A stretch of 63,022 nucleotides of DNA, filler included, from an uncultured archaeon (GTDB lineage: Archaea; Iainarchaeota; Iainarchaeia; Iainarchaeales; 1-14-0-10-31-34), in assembly GCA_964442255.1 (NCBI GenBank). It is 5 parts of 5 records of this genome, joined end to end, with 100 filler letters (N's around TTAATTAATTAA, not from the genome) between each part and the next. Parts side by side here need not be neighbours in the genome. Positions count along the whole stretch, not along the records: positions 17,303 to 32,909 come from CAYTYC010000027.1; 4 more parts are not named here. The stretch is one strand, 5' to 3'. Position 1 is the first letter of the stretch; each line of letters starts with the position of its first letter. This document shows positions 18,004 through 27,597 of the stretch, piece by piece. Both the position numbers and the translations under genes were made by a program. The notes under the pieces are model-generated. The model made no database searches, had not been told where the DNA came from, and saw only the letters and a list, made by a program, of their open reading frames with translations.

Positions 18004-19575
18004 ATGGCCGTAAACATCACGGAATACGCGGTAATATTCAATGACCCGATGTTCAACCAAATAATTTTCGCCGTGTTCGTGGTTGCGCTCGGATTGGTGC
18101 TTGCAAAGGTTTCCGGAAAACTGATGCTCAGGCTCAACAAAAGCCTGAAAGTAGAGTCCAACCGCTCCATCAAATCCTTTGTGAGAATACTGGAATTATT
18201 CATTTTCCTGGTTTCATTGATTGCCGCGTTAAGCGTTTTAAGGGTAAGCGTGGCGGAAGTGATTGTGCTCCGCGTGTGGGAAGTGATTCCCTCCGTGATA
18301 GTGCTGTTCCTGCTTTTGCTGCTCGGATACATAATCATTAACCTGGTTGTCGACATTTTCCGCAGCATTTTTTTGCGCCTCGGTTCAGCGGAATACCTGA
18401 AGGAAATCGGAATCTCAAAGGAACTGATTCAAAACATTTTCTTCATACTCAAATTGTTTCTTTTGCTGATTCTGATCAGCGTGTCCTTTTCGTATGTGGG
18501 TTTTGCTGTTCCCTATCTCGAGCACATTTTGACCGCGCTGATTTACGGCTTCATTTTTTTGAGCATCGCGGTACTATATTACGCGTTCAAGGATTATCTG
18601 GCGAACTTTTTTTTGGCATCCTATGTTGAAAAAAACGTTTTAAAGCCCGGGCAAAGCGTTAAGGTCGGGGAAGATTTGGGGGAAGTGGTTTCCGTCACAA
18701 GCCATGGTGCTGTGATTAAAATGCCGACAGGCTTCAACCTCTTGATCCCAAACAAGGAAGTGGTGAAAAAAAAGGTTTACTTTAGGAGGGTGAGGGAAGA
18801 CATCTTCAAGCTGGAAAGCATCAGGGCAAGGTTTGTTTCCCAGCTGCCTTCTTACTGCGGCCCCGCTTCCCTGCAAATGATGCTCAGCTTTTTCGGCTAC
18901 AATTTTGACCAGGAAAAAATAGGGAAAATGTGCGAAACCCATGTTCCCGGCGGCACGGAACCCGAGGAAATGATTGAAACAGTGAAAAAACTCACCCGGG
19001 GAAGCGTGAAAGGCCACACAATACAGTTCGCGCAAATCTATAATTTAAAGGAAGAAGTGAAGTCATGGATTGCGGAAGGCGCTTTGGTGGTGGTGTGGTA
19101 CAAGAAGCCCGTGCTGTTCCCTGACAAGCCCTCGCAAAGCGGCCACTATGTTTTGTGTGTGGGGGTTGAAGGGGATGAACTGGTTGTGATGGACTCAAGC
19201 CCGCAGACAGCCGGGGTTTACATGATTGACTACAGGCTTTTGGAGGACGCAATGGATTACTACGACAAAATGAGGGGCTACATTGTTTTCGCGAAAAAAG
19301 GCACTCCCGCGTTCTGGAGGCTGGGCGAAGGCCTGATCTACAGCGAAGCCTCGGCCTACAAGGACTTAAGCAAGTCTTTTGAGCGTTACCTCAAAAAAAC
19401 TTTGAGGAAAAAGGCGATGATTCCAAGCATTATTTCAGAGCACCTTTCCCCGCTGATTCACGACGAAAAAATGCTTAAAAGGGTTTGGAAGCCCGATTTA
19501 ACCCAAAGCAAGGCAAAACAGGAACAGGAAAAAAACGATTTGGAGAAAAAGCCGAGCCAAAAGGCGGGGAAGTGA
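18004..19575 (+). CDS. MscS-like mechanosensitive channel fused to C39 family cysteine peptidase
   Basis: Multiple TMs; MscS beta-domain LKPGQSVKVG..GEV..LLIPN; C39 QLPSYCGPAS, GHYV, VMDS; ATG 18004 has GGAG upstream. Confidence 0.85.
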   Translation: MAVNITEYAVIFNDPMFNQIIFAVFVVALGLVLAKVSGKLMLRLNKSLKVESNRSIKSFVRILELFIFLVSLIAALSVLRVSVAEVIVLRVWEVIPSVIVLFLLLLLGYIIINLVVDIFRSIFLRLGSAEYLKEIGISKELIQNIFFILKLFLLLILISVSFSYVGFAVPYLEHILTALIYGFIFLSIAVLYYAFKDYLANFFLASYVEKNVLKPGQSVKVGEDLGEVVSVTSHGAVIKMPTGFNLLIPNKEVVKKKVYFRRVREDIFKLESIRARFVSQLPSYCGPASLQMMLSFFGYNFDQEKIGKMCETHVPGGTEPEEMIETVKKLTRGSVKGHTIQFAQIYNLKEEVKSWIAEGALVVVWYKKPVLFPDKPSQSGHYVLCVGVEGDELVVMDSSPQTAGVYMIDYRLLEDAMDYYDKMRGYIVFAKKGTPAFWRLGEGLIYSEASAYKDLSKSFERYLKKTLRKKAMIPSIISEHLSPLIHDEKMLKRVWKPDLTQSKAKQEQEKNDLEKKPSQKAGK

Positions 19576-19582
19576 GCCCGGT

Positions 19583-20437
19583 TTGGATGAAATGAAGGTC
19601 GCGGTTGTTTCGGAAAAGCTTGACAACGATTTGGCGAACGGGGTTGACGCTTTCCGTAAAATTTGCGGGGAAAGCTCTTTCATTGAAATAGGCGATTTGG
19701 CGTTGTTGATTGAGGAAAACAAGTCAGGGGTTTTTCTTGAGGAAAAAGACTTTGAGGAATTTGACGCGGTTTACCTCAAGGCGGCGCCTTCCTTCACCCA
19801 GTTCGTTGAGCCTTTTTTGGATGAACTGGTGGAAAAAGGGATTTACTGCCAGTTCAAGCCGGAATCCTTTTACATTTTGTCCAACAAGCCCTTCCTTTAC
19901 GCCACCCTGAACTCCAAGGGCGTGAACATTTCCCATACTGTCGTGGTAAGCGACGCAAAGCAGCTGGAGGGGCTTACTTCGGGCTTTTCCTATCCCGTGA
20001 TAATGAAGACATTTAATGGATTGAACAAAACCCAGAACCTTGTGATTGACTCGGAGAGAAGCCTGAAATCCGTGATAAAAAGCTCTAACCCGAAAATTGA
20101 CGCAATAACTGTCCAGCATTACCTGGAGGGCGACCTGTTTCAGAGCGTTGTTGTGGGGGAAAACGTTTTCACCGTGAAAAGAACGTGGAACGAGGAAAAG
20201 CTTGAGCACGCAAAAAAAGGCGTCAGCACCAAACTGCCTGAAGAGGAAAAAGAGCTTGCAATAAAGGCGGCAAAGGTTGTCGGCGCTGACGTTGTGCAGG
20301 TGAAAACAATTGAAGGCACAGTCATAGGCCTCAATCCCGTGGTGAACATTTCATCTTACAGCGGAATTTTGGGCACCGACTTGTTTGAGGAAACCGCGAA
20401 AATGTTCAGGGAAAAAATAGGGGGCACGGGAAAATGA
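19583..20437 (+). CDS. RimK-like ATP-grasp protein, degenerate active site
   Basis: RimK layout (FDAVYL, SNK, YPVIMK, VQHYL) without the Gly-rich loop or ExN. Confidence 0.75.
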   Translation: MDEMKVAVVSEKLDNDLANGVDAFRKICGESSFIEIGDLALLIEENKSGVFLEEKDFEEFDAVYLKAAPSFTQFVEPFLDELVEKGIYCQFKPESFYILSNKPFLYATLNSKGVNISHTVVVSDAKQLEGLTSGFSYPVIMKTFNGLNKTQNLVIDSERSLKSVIKSSNPKIDAITVQHYLEGDLFQSVVVGENVFTVKRTWNEEKLEHAKKGVSTKLPEEEKELAIKAAKVVGADVVQVKTIEGTVIGLNPVVNISSYSGILGTDLFEETAKMFREKIGGTGK

Positions 20438-21321
20438 AGTTTTGCCTGATTGCCTCGGAAAAATCTGATGAAGAGGTAAGGCAGATAATGATGGACGAGG
20501 CGCAAAAGCTTTTTGACTCCGTGCTTTACGTTCCGTTGAAAAAGATTCGCATTGAATGCCGGAAAGGAAAAACCCGGGTAATGTTCAAGAACACTGATTT
20601 AAGCGAATTTGACGCCGCTTATTTGAGGGTTTTCGGGGACGACTTTGTTTTCGGGGAAGTTGTTTTGGATGCGCTGGGGAACACGGACATTTTTCTTGCA
20701 ACAAGCCCTGAAGCCTACCAGATGTGCAACCACAAGTACTTCACGGTGAAGGCGTTAAGCAAAATCGGCGTTCCTTCCCTGAATTCATCGCTTGCAATAA
20801 CCCCAAAAACCGCTGTGGCGGTCGCAAAAAAAATCGGCTTTCCTGTTGTCGTGAAGCTTTTGCGGGGCTTTGGGGGAAAAGGGGTGATGCTTGCAAACTC
20901 GGAGAAAGAGTTCACCCCGATTTTGGACACTTTGCAGGTGTTCGAGGAATTCATTGCAACCCAGGAATTTGTCCCCGGAATCCAGTCCGACATGCGCTGT
21001 TATGTGTTCGGGAAAACGGTTTACGGGATAAGGCGTTCAGGGGAAGGCGATGAATGGAGAAGCAATTTGTCCCGGGGCGGGAAAGCCGAAAAAATTGAAT
21101 TGGACGAAAATTTAAAGGAAATGGCCGTGAGGAGCGCGGAGCTGTTGGGGCTGGAGGTCGGGGCAATAGATTTTCTGGAAACCCCGCAAGGATACCGGCT
21201 GGTGGAAGCCAATTTCACCCCGGGAGTGCTTTACCCTTTTTTTGGGCCGGAGTTCGGGAAAAGGATTGTCAGCTACATTTTCAGGCGCGCAAAAAAAGAG
21301 AAAAACGGCAAAGGAAAATGA
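20434..21321 (+). CDS. RimK/LysX family ATP-grasp peptide ligase
   Basis: FPVVVK, GFGGKGV, QEFV, DMRCYV, WRSNLSRGG, GAIDF, VEANFTPG. Confidence 0.92.
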   Translation: MKFCLIASEKSDEEVRQIMMDEAQKLFDSVLYVPLKKIRIECRKGKTRVMFKNTDLSEFDAAYLRVFGDDFVFGEVVLDALGNTDIFLATSPEAYQMCNHKYFTVKALSKIGVPSLNSSLAITPKTAVAVAKKIGFPVVVKLLRGFGGKGVMLANSEKEFTPILDTLQVFEEFIATQEFVPGIQSDMRCYVFGKTVYGIRRSGEGDEWRSNLSRGGKAEKIELDENLKEMAVRSAELLGLEVGAIDFLETPQGYRLVEANFTPGVLYPFFGPEFGKRIVSYIFRRAKKEKNGKGK

Positions 21322-21325
21322 TTTT

Positions 21326-21769
21326 TTACTTCCCTTCCTTCAGCCTTTCCCTTTCCAGGATTTTTTCCTTTATTTTTTTTGCCTGCAGCTTTTCGGAGTG
21401 AAAGGATTCCATCCGGTGGATTTCCGCGTTGATTCCGAGTTTTTTCATTTCCCGGGAAAGCTCTTCATCAGAAGGCTTTTGGTCGTAGCCCAGGCAGATT
21501 GCGTGCGGGCGGATTTCCTCAATGCGGAGGTAAATGTTTCCTTCAGCCCCAAGCACTGCCTCATCCACTGCCCTCAGCGCCTGAACCATTTTAAGGCGAA
21601 AGCTTTCGTCGTTGATCGGCTTTCTTCCCTTGACTTTTTCAACCGTGGAATCCCTTGCCACCACAACGAAAAGCCTTTCCCCGAAGGACTTCGCCTTTTC
21701 AAGGTAAAATAAGTGCCCGGGGTGAAGCAAATCAAATGTTCCAAAAACAAGAACGCGCTTTTTTTCCAT
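21326..21769 (-). CDS. ribL: archaeal FAD synthetase
   Basis: GTFDLLHPGH, VVVARD, LGYDQ. Confidence 0.85.
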   Translation of the reverse strand: MEKKRVLVFGTFDLLHPGHLFYLEKAKSFGERLFVVVARDSTVEKVKGRKPINDESFRLKMVQALRAVDEAVLGAEGNIYLRIEEIRPHAICLGYDQKPSDEELSREMKKLGINAEIHRMESFHSEKLQAKKIKEKILERERLKEGK

Positions 21770-21836
21770 TTCCAGCCCGTATGGATTGAGTTCGATAGTT
21801 TTTTATATACCAATTCCTAAGTATTATTGAAAAAAA

Positions 21837-22466
21837 ATGTATCCGCTTTCATTGTTTTACAGCCCGGGGAAAACGGTTAAGAGGGCGCTTGAAAGGCCTT
21901 CGGTTGAGCTTGCAATCCTGCTTGTTGTTTTGCCCGTGATAATAGCGCTTTTGTTCAGGCTGTCCCTTGGATTTGGGGTTAGCTTTTTTGGGGAAGGCTA
22001 TGCGCTGTTTTCAAACATTGTTTCCTGGATTTTGATGACGCTGATTATTTACCTGGTTTTGTTTGCCGTTAAGGGAATCGGCTCCACGGTAAAGCTTTCC
22101 GGCATTGCTACGGCGGTTGGAATGAGCTGGCTTGTGGTTGCGGTTTTGATGGTTGTTTCCTTTCTTTTCCTGTTTTCATTGGGTCCCGCGGTAATTGAGC
22201 CAGTCAGGGCGGCGTCTGCGGGCGAGATTCCTGTCAATGATGCGCTGGAAACTGCTTCAGGGGCACTGCAGGCCGGGCAGGCAAATTTTTTTGTATTGGC
22301 GTTTTTTTTGCTGGTTGGGGCGGTTTTAATGGTTTTCTATCTTTACGTGCTGTACAAAATAGTGCACGAGTGCACGTTTTTCAGCAGAACGCGAAGTTTT
22401 TTGGTCTGGATCCTTGTTTTGGTTGTTTCATCCCTTGTTTTCACTGTTTTTCCCGGGTTGGGGTGA
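21837..22466 (+). CDS. YIP1-like membrane protein
   Basis: SLFYSP..TV N terminus and five TMs. Confidence 0.6.
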   Translation: MYPLSLFYSPGKTVKRALERPSVELAILLVVLPVIIALLFRLSLGFGVSFFGEGYALFSNIVSWILMTLIIYLVLFAVKGIGSTVKLSGIATAVGMSWLVVAVLMVVSFLFLFSLGPAVIEPVRAASAGEIPVNDALETASGALQAGQANFFVLAFFLLVGAVLMVFYLYVLYKIVHECTFFSRTRSFLVWILVLVVSSLVFTVFPGLG

Positions 22467-22539
22467 AAGGAAAGCTTTAAAAAAATTAATGATTAAATAA
22501 TTAGGTAAATGATTAAACTCTTTAGACACATCAGGGGGT

Positions 22540-22986
22540 GTGAGAATGGATGAAATTGATTTATGGGACCCGTGGAAAAGGCATGGAAGAAAGCTGAACA
22601 GGCTTTTTGAGGACTTTTTTCCCGTGGCAAGGCGTTCTTCGGATATCCGTGAGCCCCTGCTGGACGTGGTGGATGAAGGCGAAAACCTCAGGGTTTTGGC
22701 CGAGCTTCCCGGAGTTGAGAAAGACAAAATCAACCTGGAGGTTGAGGACGATTCCCTTACCCTGAGCACTGAAATCAGGAGCGGGGAAAAGAAAGAGGAA
22801 AAAGACAAGGGCTATTATTTCCACGAGCGCTCCTACCAGAGCTTTTACAGGAAAATTCCCTTGCCCGCGGAAGTGATTGCGGACAAGGCAAGCGCGGAAT
22901 ACAGGGACGGAGTGCTGGAAGTAAGGCTCCCGAAGAAAACGCCTTCCAGGCCCGGCAAAAAAGGGTTCAAAGTGCAGGTGAAATAA
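22540..22986 (+). CDS. small heat shock protein Hsp20
   Basis: AELPGV.K, ERSY..FYR.I.LP, YRDGVLEVRLPK. Confidence 0.95.
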   Translation: MRMDEIDLWDPWKRHGRKLNRLFEDFFPVARRSSDIREPLLDVVDEGENLRVLAELPGVEKDKINLEVEDDSLTLSTEIRSGEKKEEKDKGYYFHERSYQSFYRKIPLPAEVIADKASAEYRDGVLEVRLPKKTPSRPGKKGFKVQVK

Positions 22987-22997
22987 GCCTGCGCTTT

Positions 22998-23276
22998 TCA
23001 TTTTTTCTTTTTTTTATTTTCCGGAAAAATCTCTTCCTGAAGCTTTTTCATTTTTTGGGCCTGGTGCCCCAGCCTCACGGCTTCCTCACGCCCGGCTCTT
23101 CTCAACCGGTGTGAAACCCTTTGATTCAGAGGAAGAGCATTCCCGGGTGTTCTGTCTTTTGTTGGAAGCGTCACCGGGCCTCTTCTCCCTTGAAAATCCC
23201 TTTTAAACGGAAATAACTCTCCCTGCTTTCCCGGCCTACTAATACCAGTTCCTTTTTTATTTCCCGGTTTCATCAA
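22998..23276 (-). CDS. hypothetical basic protein
   Basis: 92-aa ORF filling the intergenic space. Confidence 0.4.
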   Translation of the reverse strand: MMKPGNKKGTGISRPGKQGELFPFKRDFQGRRGPVTLPTKDRTPGNALPLNQRVSHRLRRAGREEAVRLGHQAQKMKKLQEEIFPENKKKKK

Positions 23277-23375
23277 TAATTTTATCTTTCACCAGCTATT
23301 TATGCTTTTCCTTAAGGCACCTTAAGGCTTAAGGCTTAAATAAATGTAACTGCATAAGTTTTTGGGCTGAAAAAA

Positions 23376-24851
23376 ATGCTGAAGCTGTACAACACCCTGA
23401 AGCGCAAAAAGCAGCTGTTCAGGCCCCTGAGGAAAGGGGAAGTGCGGATGTACACCTGCGGGACAACGCGCCGGGGAATTGGGCCAGGCTATGCGGAGAG
23501 CCTGGGGAAAGGGGAAGTGCGGATGTACACCTGCGGGCCCACCGTGTACGGCTACGCGCACATCGGAAACTTCAGGGCATACCTTTTTGAGGACTTGCTG
23601 CGCAGATACCTGGAATTCAGGGGCTACAGGGTAAGGCAGGCAATGAACCTGACGGATGTGGACGACAAAACAATCAACGGGGCAAAAGAAGAAGGAATTC
23701 CGTTGAACGAGTACACGAAAAAATTCAAGGACGCGTTTTTCAGGGACATTGAAACACTGAACATTGAGCGCGCGGAACATTACCCTTCCGCCACCGAACA
23801 CATCCCGGAAATGGTTTCATTAATCAAAAGGCTTTTGAGGAAAGGCGCTGCCTACCGGGGAGAAGACGGCTCAATTTACTTTGACTTGTCGAAATTCAAA
23901 AAATACGGCAAACTGTCAAAATACAAATTGAAGAAACTGAAGTCAGGCGCAAGGGTAAAGCAGGACGAGTATCTGAAAAACCAGGCCGCCGACTTCGCGT
24001 TATGGAAAACCCACACCAAAGAAGACGGCCCCGTATTCTGGGAAACCGAATTCGGGAAAGGAAGGCCCGGGTGGCACATTGAATGCAGTGCAATGGGAAT
24101 GAAGTATTTGGGGGAAAGCTTTGACATTCACACGGGGGGAATAGACAACATGTTTCCCCACCATGAAAACGAGATAGCGCAAAGCGAGGCTGCGACTGGA
24201 AAAAAGTTCGTGAACTACTGGCTGCACTGTGCGCACCTGGTTGTGGACGGAAGGAAAATGTCAAAAAGCCTGGGAAACTATTACACTCTCCGCGGCCTGT
24301 TGGATAAAGGGTTTTCCCCGAAGGCGATTCGTTTCCTCCTGCTTTCCACTCATTACCGCAGCGAATTAAACCTCACAATGGACGCATTGAAGGCGTCGGA
24401 AAAAACAATGGAAAGGTTCAGGGAATTCTTTTTCAAGCTCAAAAACGTGGAAATAGGTAAAGAAAACCTGGGCGTAAAAAACGAAATCCGGAAAACGGAA
24501 ACAGCCTTCACAAAGCATTTGGACAACGATTTGGACATAAGCAACGCTGTTGCCTCGGTTTTCAGGTTCATGCACAAGGTTAACTCTTTCATTGACTCCG
24601 GTTTCTTTAACCAAAAAAACGCGGAGGAAGTGAAGGAATTCATGGAAAAAATTGACTCGGTTTTGGGTGTAATGGATTTCAGGGAAAAAGGGGAATTAAC
24701 AGAAGAGGAAAAAAAACTTGTTGAAGAAAGGGAAAACTTCAGGAAAGAAAAAAAGTTCAGGGAAGCGGACAAAATAAGGGAAGAGTTAAGGAAAAAGGGA
24801 ATCCGCCTGGACGACACCCGCGAAGGGACCAAATGGAAGAGAATCCTGTGA
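23376..24851 (+). CDS. cysS: cysteinyl-tRNA synthetase with 25-aa N-terminal duplication/insert
   Basis: CGPTVY, HIGN, DVDDK, GRPGWHIECS, FPHHENE, KMSKS. Confidence 0.97.
   Translation: MLKLYNTLKRKKQLFRPLRKGEVRMYTCGTTRRGIGPGYAESLGKGEVRMYTCGPTVYGYAHIGNFRAYLFEDLLRRYLEFRGYRVRQAMNLTDVDDKTINGAKEEGIPLNEYTKKFKDAFFRDIETLNIERAEHYPSATEHIPEMVSLIKRLLRKGAAYRGEDGSIYFDLSKFKKYGKLSKYKLKKLKSGARVKQDEYLKNQAADFALWKTHTKEDGPVFWETEFGKGRPGWHIECSAMGMKYLGESFDIHTGGIDNMFPHHENEIAQSEAATGKKFVNYWLHCAHLVVDGRKMSKSLGNYYTLRGLLDKGFSPKAIRFLLLSTHYRSELNLTMDALKASEKTMERFREFFFKLKNVEIGKENLGVKNEIRKTETAFTKHLDNDLDISNAVASVFRFMHKVNSFIDSGFFNQKNAEEVKEFMEKIDSVLGVMDFREKGELTEEEKKLVEERENFRKEKKFREADKIREELRKKGIRLDDTREGTKWKRIL
23431..23537 (+). repeat. 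32-bp direct repeat (23431-23462, 23506-23537) flanking a 43-bp insert
   Basis: GGAAAGGGGAAGTGCGGATGTACACCTGCGGG twice, period 75. Confidence 0.9.
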
Positions 24852-24937
24852 AAAAAACCAAAACATTTCCCGGTTAAGGGTTTTGCGCTTGGCAGGCCAG
24901 AAAGCTTTAAATAGTATTTTTGCGTTTTTCTTTCCGC

Positions 24938-26713
24938 ATGGCAGCGGAGTTTGCGTCATTCCTTAACCTTCAAGTGATTTCAACCCTCGGAATAGTGGCG
25001 GAACTGGGCATAATACTTGTTTTCGCGACCCTCCTTGCATTCATTGGACGGTTTTTCCGGCAGCCCATAATACTTTCATATATTGTTGCCGGGCTTATTA
25101 TTGGCCCGCTGGGACTGAACCTTATTACGCACACGGAAATTCCATTGATAAGCGAACTGGGGATTGCGTTCCTTTTGTTTACGGTGGGCGTGGAAACCGA
25201 TTTCTCCAAACTCAAGAAAGTCGGGCCGGTGGTTGTGCTCGGTGGCTTTTTTCAGGTGTTTTTGACGGCGGCCATTTCCTATGCTGCGGCCGCGTTTATG
25301 GGATTTGATTTTGTGGCGTCAGTTTACGTGGGAATGATTCTCGCGTTCAGCTCCACAATGATTGTCATCAAAATGCTTTCAGACAGGGGAGAAATAAACA
25401 CCCTGCATGGAAGGCTTTTGGTTGGCTTCCTGCTTGTGCAGGACTTTTTGGTTATTCTTGCCCTGCCCCTGCTTGCGAATTTTTCTTCAGTCCTTGACCC
25501 GGCTTTTTTCGGCTCAATTCTTTTAAAGGGCGCGGGGCTGTTCGCGGTTGCGGTTCTCTTAAGGAAATACGTTTTCCCCAAGCTTGTGGAAGTCGGCTCG
25601 TCAAGCGATGAACTGATGTATTTGGGGGGGGTAAGCGTTTGCTTTGTTTTCATTTTTGTTGCCTTCCTGTTGAACTTCAGCCCGGTTGTGGGAGCGTTTC
25701 TTGCCGGAATCTCCTTGAGCCCGCTTGCCTACCACGTGGAGGCAAAGCAGAAAATTCGGGGCTTAAGGGACTTTTTTGTGACGGTTTTCTTTGTTTCTTT
25801 GGGGCTGCAGATAACGCTTTTCTTTTCCCCTGAAGCCCTGCCCTTTTTGGTTGCGGTGATTTTTTTGCTTTGCTTTGTTGTTTTCATCGCCAAGCCCCTT
25901 ATTTTTGCGTTCATCAACCTTTACGCCGGCTACGGCGGAAGAACCGCGGTAATTGTGGGGCTAAGCCTGGCGCAGATATCCGAGTTCAGCTTCATTCTTG
26001 CCGCGCAGGGCTTCAATGCCGGGGTTTTGTCACAGGAATTTTATTCAGTGCTTGTGCTGTTCACCGCTGTTTCAATGGCAATCACGCCCTACTTAATTAA
26101 CAACATCGAAAAAATTTACCGCCTTTTTTCGTTTGCATTCAGGCACACCGGAAAGCTTGAGTTCAGCAAAAAACTGGATGAACTGGAAAACCTTCCGGAA
26201 ACGTCTTCCCTCAAAAACCACGTGGTTGTTGTCGGGGGCGGAGTTCTGGGCTCCGGAATAATTGAAACCCTGCGCAGGAGCCAAAACCTTGTGGTTGTGG
26301 ACCACAACCCGGAGGTTGTGTTTGAAAAAATCGGGCAGGGAGTGAACACTGTTTACGGAAACATTGAAAACGACGAAATCTGGAGAAAAATAAATTTAAG
26401 GCACTGCAGGCTTTTGGTGATGACAATCCCTGACGCGGAAAAAGCCGTTAAACTTGTGGAAAGGGTGAAAAGGCTTAACCCGCAGGTCACGGTTTTTGCG
26501 AGGGCAAAAAGGAATTCAGACGCGCTTTCCCTTTACCGGGCGAAAGCGGATTTCGTTGTATTGCCTGAAGTGATAGGCGGAAACGTTTTCATAAAGAATG
26601 TAGCCAACTTCCTTGAAACAGGAAAGGTCTTCAACATCGCAAACCTTGAAACAGAGTATATGCGGTACCTGGAAGAAATGGTTTCAAAGGAAAAAAAGAG
26701 GTTCAGGCTTTAA
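24938..26713 (+). CDS. Kef-type cation:proton antiporter (CPA2) with TrkA-N domain
   Basis: About 13 TMs, FSST, LVQD, QISEF; C-terminal VVVGGG..G. Confidence 0.92.
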   Translation: MAAEFASFLNLQVISTLGIVAELGIILVFATLLAFIGRFFRQPIILSYIVAGLIIGPLGLNLITHTEIPLISELGIAFLLFTVGVETDFSKLKKVGPVVVLGGFFQVFLTAAISYAAAAFMGFDFVASVYVGMILAFSSTMIVIKMLSDRGEINTLHGRLLVGFLLVQDFLVILALPLLANFSSVLDPAFFGSILLKGAGLFAVAVLLRKYVFPKLVEVGSSSDELMYLGGVSVCFVFIFVAFLLNFSPVVGAFLAGISLSPLAYHVEAKQKIRGLRDFFVTVFFVSLGLQITLFFSPEALPFLVAVIFLLCFVVFIAKPLIFAFINLYAGYGGRTAVIVGLSLAQISEFSFILAAQGFNAGVLSQEFYSVLVLFTAVSMAITPYLINNIEKIYRLFSFAFRHTGKLEFSKKLDELENLPETSSLKNHVVVVGGGVLGSGIIETLRRSQNLVVVDHNPEVVFEKIGQGVNTVYGNIENDEIWRKINLRHCRLLVMTIPDAEKAVKLVERVKRLNPQVTVFARAKRNSDALSLYRAKADFVVLPEVIGGNVFIKNVANFLETGKVFNIANLETEYMRYLEEMVSKEKKRFRL

Positions 26714-27003
26714 AGCAAAGCCTTCCCGAAACCGGAAACCCGTTTTTCCTGAACCTTTATTCCTTCCCTTTCAAGCAATTCAATTTTCTTTTTTGTTCCC
26801 TTCGCGTATTCCCCCAATTCGCCGGAGCTTTTCACCACCCTGTGGCACGGCACTTCCGGTGCAAAGGGGTTTCTGTTCAAAGCGTTTCCCACTGCACGGA
26901 AAGCATTGGGGTTTCCAAGCGCAGCCGCAATCCGCTTGTAGGTGGAAACCTTTCCTTTCGGGATTTTTTTGCACTCCTTCCAGACGCGTTCATCAAAACT
27001 CAA
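26710..27003 (-). CDS. ogt: methylated-DNA-protein-cysteine methyltransferase (C-terminal domain only)
   Basis: IPKGKVSTY, RAVGNAL, PCHRVV, LLEREG. Confidence 0.9.
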   Translation of the reverse strand: MSFDERVWKECKKIPKGKVSTYKRIAAALGNPNAFRAVGNALNRNPFAPEVPCHRVVKSSGELGEYAKGTKKKIELLEREGIKVQEKRVSGFGKALL

Positions 27004-27008
27004 TTAAT

Positions 27009-27590
27009 TCACCTGTACAAGCGATTCTTTTGAATGTATTCTTCTGCTTTCTCCGGAACCAGAAAAGAAATGCTTTTCCCTTCCTTCACCCTCTTCCTTA
27101 CTTCGGTGCTTGAAACATTCACGCGTACCCGGGGCCTGAAGAGAGAGGCTTTTCCTTTCAAATACGGGGGAATTTTCACTTTTCCATCCACCCCTGTGTC
27201 AACTACCAGTATTCCTGCAAGCGAAGTTATTCTCCTGTAGTCGCGCCATTTCCTGAAGCCCCTGAGCAAATCTTTTCCGATCACGAAAAGAAACTTTTTT
27301 TTCCGGTATTTTTTGGTTAACTCTTCCAGTGTTTCCGCAGTATAGGATTTGCAGCCCTTTTTCAGCTCGTAATCGCAGACCCTGATTTTTTTGAACCCCT
27401 TAAGCGAGAGTTCAAGCATTTTCTTCCTGTGCTTTCCTGAAACCCCTGAATCCATGGATTTGAACGGGTTTCTCCAGCAAGGCACAATCCAGACTTCATC
27501 GCACAGCCCTGATTCAGCCAACTGCACCGCCGTCACCAGGTGCCCGGTGTGCACGGGGTTGAATGAGCCGCCGAAAAGCGCAACCTTCAT
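27009..27590 (-). CDS. nadD: nicotinate-nucleotide adenylyltransferase (bacterial type)
   Basis: FGGSFNPVHTGH, SYTAETL, IGKD, VSSTEVR, YIQKNRLY. Confidence 0.92.
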   Translation of the reverse strand: MKVALFGGSFNPVHTGHLVTAVQLAESGLCDEVWIVPCWRNPFKSMDSGVSGKHRKKMLELSLKGFKKIRVCDYELKKGCKSYTAETLEELTKKYRKKKFLFVIGKDLLRGFRKWRDYRRITSLAGILVVDTGVDGKVKIPPYLKGKASLFRPRVRVNVSSTEVRKRVKEGKSISFLVPEKAEEYIQKNRLYR

Positions 27591-27597
27591 TTTTTTT

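Noticed and set aside
19583..21321. Graspetide RiPP cluster or LysX/ArgX biosynthesis
   Set aside because: No repeat-core precursor peptide and no lysW or lys/arg genes nearby; not excluded genome-wide
23431..23537. Mini-CRISPR in cysS
   Set aside because: The repeat encodes conserved CysRS residues; only two copies
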